DNA of 64,000 nucleotides from Pavona decussata (taxonomy: Eukaryota), in the NCBI GenBank assembly GCA_977016875.1, contig CDRNST010000233.1, forward strand, positions 930,001-994,000, read 5' to 3'. The notes beneath the pieces are model-generated. The model was not told the origin of the DNA. It did not search any database and worked only from the letters and a program-made list of their open reading frames with translations. This document shows, piece by piece, positions 24,601 through 48,400 of this stretch. Every line of letters begins with the position of its first letter. Within the stretch, counting starts at the first letter, position 1. The position numbers and the translations under genes are program-made.

Positions 24601-26743
24601 TGAGGTTGTGCAGATACGTTGCAGCGGGTAACATGTTTTCTGCAACTTGCAACACCGACAATGTTGCAAAACAACGTCAGCATTGCGTCAGTTGCAAGTT
24701 GCCTATTTCAACGGCGCTGTCTTAAACAAACAAGTCTCCACAGAGCCATACAAATCAACTATTTAAAACGCCAGTTCATAAAATGTTCGATGTTGTGTGA
24801 ACTGCCATCAAGTGACTTACGACACTGAGTTAAATTTTTAAAAGGACTGTATTATAGCACATCACTCCTAGTGGGTAATCATACAGAATTACTCATGATG
24901 ATGTAATTGTCAAGCCCGATAGTCAAGTAGTCAAATGATCCAGTGATTTGATTCTTGATCTTGTTGTTTCCTTAGAAAAGAAACATTTACCTCCCCATAG
25001 TCGGTGTATGATAGTGTACTTATCAGCAAGCCCTTACTAAAACCTGACCAACGCAACAGGGCTGTGCTGCCCTTAGTGGCCTCTATATATTCCCATCCAG
25101 ATGGGGAACAGCAATGCCCCTAGTTGTTTCATGCTGTAATAATAGGGTTAAGATCCAGGCCAAAGGAAAAAAACCAAAAGGGTCTTCAAAATTCCGTTTG
25201 TAATAGTTGTAATCACTGTGAAAATTGCAACTCAAAGTTTATATAAAAAAGAAAGACTAAGTTTTCTGGTCTTTCTCAGTGCAAAATAACATCCGCATGA
25301 TCCAGCGACAATTCTTGGTTGTTTGGCCGCTCTTGGAAGAACGAAATCATGTTTGCGCTTTCTAAATTTCCTAGAGTTTAGAGGTCGTCAAAGTTCATAT
25401 AACAGGCCCGCACGATTGCCAACTAAAGATCCTGACATCTTCAATTGTGGTTAATTTGCCAGTATATCCAAATGTGTAGGTTCGAAGAAGAACATGATTC
25501 ATCAATTTACTCCATGATCTTATTAGCATTTCGTTAGCACTGCGCCATACCCGAATACCAAGCTGAAAGATGAAAATACTGACGCTATAAAATAGTAAAT
25601 GGAGATCCTTCTGACGGTAGCCAGAAAACGCTTACATACTCTCAAAATGTGAAGTCTGGGACCAGCCTTATCAACAAAGTATTTACTGAGGGGAAGTAGT
25701 ACGGGGACTTTTGGTTGTGAAAATGGTGCGACAAACACCTTGAACTGATTTAGTTACAAAATAATTCAAGAACATCAAGAAAACAAGAACAACTCATGAC
25801 CTGCTCTAGTGCCTCTTGGAAACGACAACGCAAGAACTTGGAAACATTTAGCTATAGTCTAACTTTTTTTCAAGTTGCAGTCCATTCTTACCCGGTCCAT
25901 CAATAGTCTTGGCACTCTGGGGTGAAAATCTAAGACTTGAGAAATACTTTTAGGTTTCTGTTGATAAAAACCGTTTTTTACTCCAAACAACAGACACCAA
26001 ATTTCCTTGACGGAAGTTTGGAGTTTTGACAGACGTTTGGAGCATATAGTTTCTGCTTTCCGTAGAGCTTTTGCTCCTATATTTCTAACGGATATACTTT
26101 GTTTCTCTCAGGTAAGCATTTCACCATGATTTCACTCGTCAGCGCAATGGAAGATTTTACAATCAATAAAATGATTAGCGCGGACTAATGGTAATGGCAG
26201 AGAAAAAATCCTCAGATGTTAAACGCAAACTGAGTAGACACGTATCACGTGAGTAAAAATACAGTTGTATCTGTTCTTGTAGCACTGTTCTAGTATATGT
26301 AACAAACATAATGCCATGAAATGGCCACCCTTGTGATCAGATTAGTTGGTCTCTCACAGGAGGTTTTAAATACACTATTTGCGGACTACGAATCGATAAG
26401 AGCTAAGTAGCTTAAACGGAATTAATGCATCACTAAAAAAGGAAGATGGTCATGGTTAAGAAAGAAGGCGTGGTTGTCCTTTTGGCAAAATCATTGGCTC
26501 GAGCAAGCTCTCTGTTTAGCTGTTATGTTTGTCACATGAAAATATTGTAGTTTAACGGGAGTACCCAACGACCCTTTTAGAGAAAATTTATCGTACAATG
26601 CACTAAACACCAGCTGAGTGTCCCCAAGGCAATCTTGCATGGTTAATATTTAACGTTCCTGGGAAAAAATACCCGCTCTTCACTGCCAAAGAGCAAGAAT
26701 ATTAAAAAATCCCAGGTTTAATGGCCTATCTCTCACGAATCTG

Positions 26744-26840
26744 CTATAGCTCAGTGGTGGAGCATCCGTACTGGAGTAATCGGAAGGAGGTCATCTGTGT
26801 TTGACTCCTCTTGGGAAACTCGGTTTTTCCTTTTCCGCCG
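26744..26840 (+). mobile_element. tRNA-derived SINE head (similar remnants at ~20155-20200, ~36090-36140, ~55320-55390)
   Basis: gctatagctcagtggtggagcat (A box) ... gtttgactcc (degenerate B box). No complete cloverleaf. Confidence 0.5.
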
Positions 26841-29366
26841 AGTTACATGCTTGTGTCCGGCTGACTTAAAAATATACGTCTATTAAAACTAGGATAGGGT
26901 GTGGCTGGTAAGTGTCTAGTCAATGAGTTGGCAAAATGCGGCTGAAAGTGGTCTGGTCTAGGGTAAGAGTTACAGAGTTTGAATTGAAATGGGAGCCAGA
27001 GAATAAGCTACTGACAGGGGCTCCTGCTACTGATAAACTAATATCCAGCATCTCATTCATTTTGAGGGGGTATGATAAGCCACCAGCTGTTCATCGTGAA
27101 TTCCTTTGTATTTAATAGTTTATTGAGAAAACAATATGTTCATTATGAAAAACATTAAATGAGACGTCCCCAGCTATCCCCTGTCTATTTAGAATAGAAG
27201 ATCGAGAAAGAAAAGATAAGAAATTAAAAAAAAAAAATCAAGACACAATTTAAAAAATATTTGAAATGCCAGTAACTATTTATAATTACAATTTAAAATG
27301 CTGAAAAGCTGGATTATTTCCAAAACCTTTTCCAGTTGACTTTACAAATTTTATGAGCGTTCTCCTCCGTTCAGTTAGAGAAGGACTAGAATGGATGTCA
27401 TTTCGCAGAGTCGATCACCTGGAGTCGATCTATGCAACATTTCAGCACCATGATTAATCGTCTCTCGTTTAGTTTAATTAGGACTATTGTTTGGTGTATT
27501 CATTCAGAAGGTTTCAAAAGATTTATGCCTTTGGCTAAAAACGTACTATCCAAACAACGGACGAGATGTACTCACTTCCGCAGTTTTTATAGACAGAACC
27601 CAAACTCAGGACAAAGAATTCAAATTGTGTTTTGCAAAAATTCAGAGGAAAATGGCACCACCCGGGTCCAGATCAGTGCTTAATTAAAACCGCCTCATTT
27701 AAATTTCCACTCGATGGGATTTGCCGCAAAATAGAATGAGGACGGCATAATCAATGTAACTGATGCTCAAGGTTGCGCTAGAAAGTTGGGCTACTTTTCT
27801 GCAAATCCATGGCAGGTAGTGTCATCTCGGGATCTGACAAAGGGAGCGAAACAAGTGACGCACATGGGGTGGGGGAGGCGGGGGGAGACAAAAATAAGTA
27901 AATATTTTCCCTATCTCCCAACCCCTCTCACCCCCTCTCCCCCCACGCGTCGCGTCTCTTCGCGCGAGGCAAGTAGTTTCATGCGCGCAGGTGTGTTTCG
28001 CTCGCACTTTGCTATGCCTAAAATAACCGTGATAAGGGACTACTAGTCGTAGTCTAGCCTGCGCCGCAGACAGAATCAGTCGCCGGTATTAGTTATATAA
28101 TGCTTTAAATTATATAATATTATAATTATATTTCCACTAGCAAAGCAAAAATTAAGAGGAAATTGCTCTGTAAGCAAGCTGTTTAAGGCTTTAACTGAAC
28201 GGAAAGAAACTGGACGAGCTGTTCAAATGGATCTTTCCTATTCCTCAGGCCTGTGGTCGGAGAATGGACGTTTATAAGTAAATATACCGTTGGGGTGCAG
28301 TCTGATACCAAAAAGATTATGCGATGAACTGTTAATTTTCAAGATTTGCGGCAACAACAGTAGTCAGGCAACTGATCAGCCATTGGTGAAACAGTATACC
28401 ACTCAGTAAAGTAAGCTAAACATAACAAGGGTGTTCTTGTCGGCTTTATTGAGTGCTAAAGTCAACATTTACTGGCGACTACAAATCGCACCACCCATGA
28501 CGTCATCGATTGGAACGCTGGACTATCTCAAAGTCTGACAAATTTTTGATAGCGTAACGGCGAAGTACAAAGATTTTCTACGCACAACCTTCATGCCTTG
28601 CTTAAATATCGAGAACATTCTGCATGAATTAGTTTGTTCAAGGTACTATTTTCAACGAACTTACCGACTTGCTAAATTTGGAAGCAGTCCTAAAAGTGAT
28701 CAAAATATGAAATGGGGTCAGTAAGTACAGGTGGGGGGATATCGATCGACAACAAAATAAGTTGTCCCTTTGCCGGAATGGCATATTATGTGTGCTGATG
28801 TGTAATGATACCACGTAAAACAGCCAGCATTTCTGCCATCTCATGCACGATGATTTCTAACATTGATTTGTGTTGACTCATAAAGCGGTTGCCGCACTGT
28901 GACGAAGCATCTCACCAGCATTGTCATCCGACGATGACTTTTCCACTTATTTGTGGTTTACCAATTTGTTGTCATTTCCTGTAGTAAAACATCCTGAAGT
29001 CCATTCCTGCCAAACAGTGCGTTATGCGTATGCGGCACACTGTATAGAAAGTACAAGATATGCGGGTTAGTTTAAAGCACGATTATCCCTGTTTTTCGCG
29101 ATTTCATCAAAACCGTTCATATCAGTTCAGTGACTAACACAGTTGGTTCAGGTTATTCCGAAAGAAAGAAGCCGTTATAAACAAACTCTAGATCGCGGGA
29201 TCCAAAGCTGCAGAATTCAACGAATTCGTCGCTTCAAAACATGACACAAATTCCCTACAACTGAAAGTACGTAATGGCAGCTATTTATAAGGTTCCTCCC
29301 CCCTTTTCCTTAAGACCAAAGTCTATACCGCCATTTTTCCATATCCTATTTCAGACTACTGCAACT

Positions 29367-29501
29367 NNNNNNNNNNNNNNNNNNNNNNNNNNNNNNNNNN
29401 NNNNNNNNNNNNNNNNNNNNNNNNNNNNNNNNNNNNNNNNNNNNNNNNNNNNNNNNNNNNNNNNNNNNNNNNNNNNNNNNNNNNNNNNNNNNNNNNNNNN
29501 N
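29367..29501. other. Assembly gap (135 N)
   Basis: Run of n. Confidence 1.
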
Positions 29502-30569
29502 ATTGCTTAAAGTTTACAATGCCCCCTACCCATCTCCCACCTATACCGGACATTCGCGTGAGTAACTTTACTTTCCGAACGCTGTTTCAAAGCAAAAGCA
29601 GAGGCGTAGGCGTTTTGTATTGAATACCATCTTCAGCAGTCCCTTCCTCTATAGCAAAGCTGAGCGAGTAGAGAACTTATTAGAGATTTCTTGCTCTCTG
29701 GCCGATGCTTCCTCCCCTCCCGTTAGGAAGGCCTGATACTCAGGTTAGCAGCGAGCGGGTCACTATTGTCCAATCAACCGGCTCAAAAATTTCAATTCGA
29801 CAGGAAGTGACGGCCATGGATGACGGGCTATTATTTCTAAATTTAAAATTCGTTGAAGCGAAGAAAAGTGACAGCGAAAGTACTTGTTAATAAACATGAA
29901 TAGCTTTTAAGTCGAACGGGGTCTTGATTACTTCTGATTATATACTGGCCGTTAGATTTGTATCAGTCAAATTTCTCTAGATAGATGAACAAAGAGTCGG
30001 CAACTCTTTACTTTTTTTTTTTTTTAGAGATTGGAGCCTTTTTATCTGACTAATAAAAAGGCTGAGCTTCCTTCATTAATTTTCTTTTAAACTGAAGGGG
30101 CGGAAAAGGGTCAATATATTCACTGTCACAAAATGTATTGGACCTGTTAAAAAATAGTTAACGATTTTCTTCATTTGTTTGGCTTTTGTTTCGCGGTTTA
30201 AGCGAATATTGAATAAAACAAAAGTCTGATAAATAAAGCTGAGCAAACTGAAGCCCGAGGAAACGGTAGAAAATAATTTTAATGAATTTATTTAGCCTTC
30301 GAAAATTTGGGATAAAGCCGGGTATAAATATGGAATCGTAGCAACGGTTGTAGGTTGAGCAAAGCTTTTCTACCATTGGTCAGTTCTGCGACTGCATACT
30401 ATAAATCTAGTGTGATTTTTCAAATGAGGCTTTGGTAGAACGTCAGAAAATCTTCGAGAAACGTAACTTTAAAGCAAATAGTAATCAATATATCGACATT
30501 TTACATTAAAAGTTTGTTCAAACTCTTCAACAGCTCTTTCAACACAAACGAACTATTTCTTTGTGTTCC

Positions 30570-31377
30570 CGTGAGAAACTTCGCCTCAGAAACAGCTGAG
30601 CCAAAGCAAAGATTCCCATCTATTAGCAGGCTCCATTGTAGCTCGACCAATCGGGTGAAATCTTCGTCTCTCGAGCTTACAAAAGGCCCACATGTTAGTA
30701 CAAGATGATGAATATGGACATTCCCTCTGGGCCGAGTTGATTCGGCGGCCGGTCGCGTGCGCCCTTTGTTCGATAGCTTCTATTTGTAAATAACTTCCAT
30801 ATATGGTGTGGGTTAATTTTCTCACGAGCCTTGAATTGCCACAAAAGTTCCCACGCTCATCGGCTAACCATCAACTGACTTCCACTTCACATTGTTGTCG
30901 ATGTATTGTTCGCGATTGCATTTCGTCCGCAGCTAGCGGGTTTCCTTCGTTTATAGACACAAACACGGAGTTTTGCCGGGAAACTGTCTACCTTCGCGCT
31001 CAATTTAGAGGCATTTTATTTACCGTCGAATTCTGGATGCTTGCGAAACGGAGTGGATGAAAAACTAAGGTGAAGTGCAGACGACTACGTGAATAAAACA
31101 CGTTGCCAGAGGAAGTTAAGTCAATGGAGTACTAGCTTTGCGGCCAACACTTTTGCGAAAAACCACTTTTCCGTCGAAGAAGTCGAATCACTACTGCCAG
31201 ACGTTCATGATATCGCTTACCTAGTTGACGGAGCGGTTGTAGTTGAAATATTATGCCCCCTACAGTCTTCTGGATGCGAGATTTCCCTATGGTTTATCTG
31301 TTTTAGAACCACTTTCTCCAAAACGTAGTTTATTCGCTCAGGGCACAGACAAATCTGCGGACGCGAAGCTGTGGGAA
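30570..31377. promoter_or_regulatory. Putative RBPJ proximal promoter with four consensus CSL sites (YGTGRGAA)
   Basis: CGTGAGAA 30570-30577 (+), TTCTCACG 30819-30826 (-), TTCCCACG 30848-30855 (-) and TGTGGGAA 31370-31377 (+, immediately before the ATG). Also a CCAAT near 30647 and locally CpG-rich sequence. Confidence 0.6.
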
Positions 31378-31378
31378 T

Positions 31379-42896
<11,518 letters not shown>

Positions 42897-44384
42897 AGGC
42901 TGCGTGAAAAGCCATATTTATATGGAGTCACTGAAGTGTGCGGTTTGACAAGCCTGTTTGCGAAAGGACGCCGGCACTAATGCTTTCACGCCAGCAGTTT
43001 TCTCGAGATTTTTCGAACTATTCGCGAGGAAATTTAAACAAACACTCGTTGACGAAACTTTTGGTCAATGGAGGAATCTTCAAGAACACTTTAGTGCGAG
43101 GAGATTCTTTTTGTAAAGAGATTGTTGAGTTAAATAAGTTCAGTTATATTTGGACGAAACCGACGAAAACACAGCCACAAAATTTTGTGTTAACAACCTC
43201 GAGTGTTGTTTACGAACAACTGTGCAGTTGTTTTATTTTTAAACTAACCATTACCGAACTGTATTTGCAACGTCGATTAAATCTTTCGCAAAGCATCTGA
43301 CCTTGTCATAAAGTATTGTTAACCAATTTGCCACGCCAACGTGATGAGCTGAGCTACATTTCGTTATGGGCTATTCAGCCAACTGACTGAAGCCTATTTT
43401 TGTAATTGTTGTTCTTGTTGTTTTTGGCTAAATGATGGAAAAACACACTAATGACATTGTCAGTGATGTATTTACATAGCGAAAATTCCCTATAAACGGC
43501 TTTTACAAGATGAGCTAAACTCGTCCCCAGGGTCTCATCGCTATTCAAAATGGCGGCAAGAGAAGACTCTGGAAAACGGGATAACAGAAAACCTCCAGTT
43601 GGTATATTTTTAGATCACGTGATCTCCTGTTTAGCATAGTCTTTCTCGCCCCATTCAGAATATTTTGAGGACCCTGGGGACGAGTATGAAACAGAGCTTA
43701 GAGGCAAGGTGGCATGAGATGTTGCCTGGCTCGTACTTAAAAGCCAACGGCAATGGCGTTTTATTTCATTCCATGGAACCGACAATCTGCAAATTTGCAA
43801 GGACGTACTTCCCATGCCACCTTTCAGTCTAGTCAATTGAATTGGCCAACATATTGAGGCGGCCTATCAGCCCCTCGCACATGTCCAAAATTTATGCAAA
43901 ATAGCACGCGCGCGTACCTCACCACAAATTTTCTTTTTCAACTCAGTATACTGATTATTGGAGACTTGGCTCAACATGATCGACATCAGTGGGACCTCAG
44001 TTAAATACGGGATTATAACGAGGGCTAAATTCAACACCATGTGAGACAAGCTCTCGTTTGCAGCGCCTTCAGCTAACACGTTAATTGTTGATCAGTTTGA
44101 ATTGAGCTTTTTGTTGTAAGTTGACCTATTTGTCTAGATTGCATGCTGCTTTTGCTGACATTACTACAGGTTCAATGTTAACTTAAAGATTTGCACAGTC
44201 TAACTGCCCCATGATAGCAAAAGAACATAGTCTAAACTTGAGCTAAAAAGCTAGTTTCAAACAAAGCCAGGATAAACGAAGACGTGGAATAATGGTCAGT
44301 TATTAACCTTGTCCCTTTCCGTTCTTGACTGGGTGATCAGTAAGGCTTTCGGTACGTCAGCAAACGAAATCAAGTGGGACCTTA

Positions 44385-44920
44385 TGAATAGTTACAGGAC
44401 ATCTGCCTTGAGCTAGAAGACGTAGAGGAGATCAGGGAGAGAGTTGGTCTGAGAATTATCGCAAAGAAAACAAAGCCGATAGGCCGAGAAGAGGTAGAAA
44501 GCTTTTTAATAGTATAAGTGGAGCAGATGAAGATGTTCGTTATGTTGAGGCCGAAGTGGAGACCGTCCTCCCCGTCACGAAAGAATATGCTTGATATTTT
44601 CTCTTCTAACATTAAGACGGTATTACTCTACGGGGCAGAGGCTTGGAGGATAACTTAAGTCCTGGTAAATAAGATCCAGGTTTTCGTGAACAAGTGTCTT
44701 AGGAGTATCCTGGGCATTAGATGGCTGAAGAGGATTACCAACGAAGAACCCGGGTGACAGACAGATAAGGAACCTGTGTAGATAGAGTGAAAGCACACGA
44801 CATGGAAGAGGGCGGGGAACACTTTGAGAAAGCCGGAAGGGAACATTGCCAAAAGAGCTCTTGAGTGGAATCCGCTGGGCAAAAGAAAGAGGAGACGTCC
44901 GGTCCAAACGTGGAGGCGTT
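44385..44920 (+). mobile_element. Degenerate RTE-clade LINE fragment (C-terminal part of RT ORF)
   Basis: Stop-interrupted translation IFSSNIKTVLLYGAEAW...IQVFVNKCLRSILGIRW...ITNEE...AKRALEWNPLGKRKRRRP..TWRR, typical of RTE elements. Confidence 0.8.
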
Positions 44921-45458
44921 CCCCTTTGTGAGCGCTACAGGCTGTGCAGGTGTACTGAGTGGCTGCAAAGAAGGCAGCACAGACCGGAAATAGATGGAGG
45001 GCTTTGGTTTCAGCCTTATACCCAGCTGGGAGCTAAGAGAAAGAACTCTCATATATTTACTTGTTTATTATACCCACATTTCCACATGACATTTACATTT
45101 GAGTTCATAACTCGTTACTTGTAATCATTATTCCCGAACTATAAAAGTCTACGAAAAGCGGCACACAAAAGGCGTAAAAAGTTGATGTTAATCCCACAAA
45201 AATCTAAAAAAATGTATTCTAAAAACACTTGGAAGCGTACGCTTAATATAGGTTTCATGACAAAATGGATTAATTTTGGTAACCGCGTTCGCCAAATAGA
45301 GGGCTCAGCACAGTACAGGTTCATTTGGCAGTAAATAACGGTGCCAATTTCGTATCCGCTTAATGGAAGAAGGTGGCCGCTTCATATGGAGCCCGTTTTC
45401 ACTGTAATTATGCACAGAACTGTGCAGTCCATGATATAGTTATTTGAATCTTATGTCT

Positions 45459-48400
45459 TCAGTGATTCACACTTTTGTTGTGACTTCTGACAAGTTCAGC
45501 AAACACTCCATCACTTCTAATCAACGCCTCGGGTTTGTCGAACTCCACCACTCGTCCACCATCAAGAATCAGCACCCTATCATAGTCCATGATGGTGTTG
45601 AGTCGGTGAGCAATAGTCAACACTGTGGAATCTTTGAACTTGTCACGAATGACTTCCTGGATCAGGCGATCGGTCTTGAAATCCACATTAGCAGTTGCCT
45701 CATCCATGATGATGATTTTGCTCTTTTGGACCAGCGCACGAGCCAAACACACCAGCTGCCTCTCACCAACGCTCAAGTTTGATCCGGCTTCTCTCAATTT
45801 AAAGTTGAGCTGTCCTGGGAGATCTTGCACAAGGGTCTTCAACTGCACCTCGTCAAGAGCTGTCCACAGTTCTTCATCCGTATGTTGTGAGAACGGGTCC
45901 ATGTTTCTGTGAAGAGTACCTCCAAAGAGCACCGGATCTTGAGTGATAACAGCCATGGACCGGCGTGCCTCTTGGAGATTGATAGACGCAATGTCAACAC
46001 CATCAATTAAAACCTGCAAAAAAGACCAAAGCGAAGAAATGAATTAATCATTAATAACTTCATTCACATGCCTGAATATTTATCTTTGGTTTGTTTAAAT
46101 ATTGTAAAATACCGACTAATGTGCAGGAGCAGCGTTAATTGTAGCACGTCTCCATCGCACCCTTCGACCTTCGGTGATTCGAGGCTTCTCACTTTTATTT
46201 ATTGAACTTTGCTTTCACTACATTGAGTCCAGTAGGCTTGCACCTGTTCTAAAGCTCTTTCTTCACTGGATCCTGATAACCTTTAGCTCAACTGTTTTTT
46301 TTTTTGAGCCAGGAAGATTGTTCTGTTGTTTGATCTTTTGTACTTTCGACCAATAAAATGAGACGTTGAAAACGTTGCAGGTAACCTCATTGAAGCAAGG
46401 TATTTCCTTGGAGAAGACATTTTACAGCACAATATCTCTAAAACCGCGGCCACCAAACAAAATGCGGGGTATAGCCTTGCGATGGACTAGCATCACAACC
46501 TGGCGTGTGGCAACCAGAATTTTCCATTGAAGTTCCTTATCATCTCAGGTATTTCAATAATACCCAAAATTATCTTGATTCTCCGCGTTTAACTCACCTT
46601 TCCCAAAGGCTCTGGCATGCGAAACAAAGCAGATACCAGAGATGACTTTCCAGCCCCAGTGCGACCCACGACTCCCACTTTTTCCTTACTATGAACACAA
46701 AAGCTGATGTCCTTTAGTACGCAAGGCCCGCCTTCAAAGTACACCAGAGAGAGGTCCCGTACCTCTAAGCTTCCTTCACTTGGCCAGGACCCTGAAGGGT
46801 TGGATTCTGTGCTGTAGCCAGGTTCAGGTTCAATCTCAGTGTATGTCATGACACGTTCGACTGACGTCATCAAGTTTTCTACCTCTGAAGCCATTCTTAC
46901 GCCATATTGAGTTCCGTCCAGTGTTTGAAGCGCGTACGTGAGGGCGAGTCCCGCTAAAGCTGAGGAAAATGACGGTGGCAACAATACATTGTTAACTCAA
47001 TAAGTATCATGATGTCCCTCGATATTATCGCATTGAAACATTAGGGAGTTTTTGGTCTGGTCGATTTGAATTAAGTCAGCTTCCGCAGACGCCAAGCCAC
47101 TCCCGCGCCAAACCACTGAAATAATTATATGACATGTTAAGTACACTTTACCGCGGCTTGGTTTCAAACACCCCACAGACTAAATTCATATACGACAAAT
47201 ACATTTTACTTCATCTTGTTTTAGGATCATTCGTGTCGCGTAACGGCTTTCTTTTCTGTCTCTTCTTTTTGTTTTTTATTCGTTTTCTTTATTTTAGAGC
47301 AGCTATTTAATTTTCACTGAATTTCACTTGACGTCTGGCACCAGATGATGCTAGAAACGAGCCAGCTTGAGAAGGCTGCAGCACGACGTCGGAAACATGC
47401 CTTGATTTCTTACAGAACGTTTTTCTGCGAAATTAATGGTTCTAGTGTTCAGCTAGAGACAGGTACCTAATCATTCTGGTAGTCAGGGAAATGAAGCGTT
47501 TGAAAGGGATAACGCCTTCACCAACTCACCGGGATTTTCTGTGACCAGAATAGCACCAACTGCGACAACCGTGACAAAAACACTGGACAGCAGGTCCAGG
47601 CGAACAGCCAACCAACGATTGCATGACACCACCATAAAGAACGCTTGCGTATTCTCATCCTGATACCTGCCGGTAAAAACACCGTAATGAAACAACGTAC
47701 TGTTACTCCAAATAAAATTCCTTACGAGTTTTTGTACGTAACAAGAGGGATTTAGAAGGAAACGCGCATGACAGAAGTAATAACCAGATCCATTTTTCCC
47801 GCCAATTTCCACGTTTTCTGCCTTTCGCCTATCTTTTAGCGTGTTTTTGTGAAGCTTACGGGATTATTTTACGTGCCACACGCGGGTAGGTTGACGTTTG
47901 CGGTGGAGTACGACTATAAGTACTATGCTTCATACCGTATGGTAAACAATGACACTTTTTATGACTCGAAAAGTAGAATAAGATTCTGAACACTCCGATC
48001 TTCCACAAAATAAAACAAAACTTCTAGGGCGTAAAGGCTACCACAGTAAACCAAATCAACCTCGTTCCCAGGGTGGAAGAGAGAGGACCATGGGAACGAG
48101 GTTGGTACCACATGTTTACTTTGAGGTCAACAAATTGGATAAAGCAATAAAGAAACGCTAAAATGACTTCAAGAGGTCAAAGGAAATGAATAAGTTACGA
48201 CGAAAAACCTTGCCATTCAAAATGTGAGGAAAAGTGGCATCGTTTAGTAGCTTTAACCTTGATATTAACATAAAAAACGTTACGTTTCAGTGATGTCAGC
48301 GCGGGGACTTTTTTCCCACCAGTTCCACACTAAATCAGTATATAAAAGCCATAACACTAACCTTTGGAGTCTCTCTAGAAAAGTCCTGTTCATGTTTGAA

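Noticed and set aside
29274-29553. ORFs spanning the N run
   Set aside because: Artefacts of the assembly gap.
30819-30855. Su(H) paired site (SPS)
   Set aside because: The two sites are in the same orientation with a 29-bp offset, not head-to-head at 15-17 bp.
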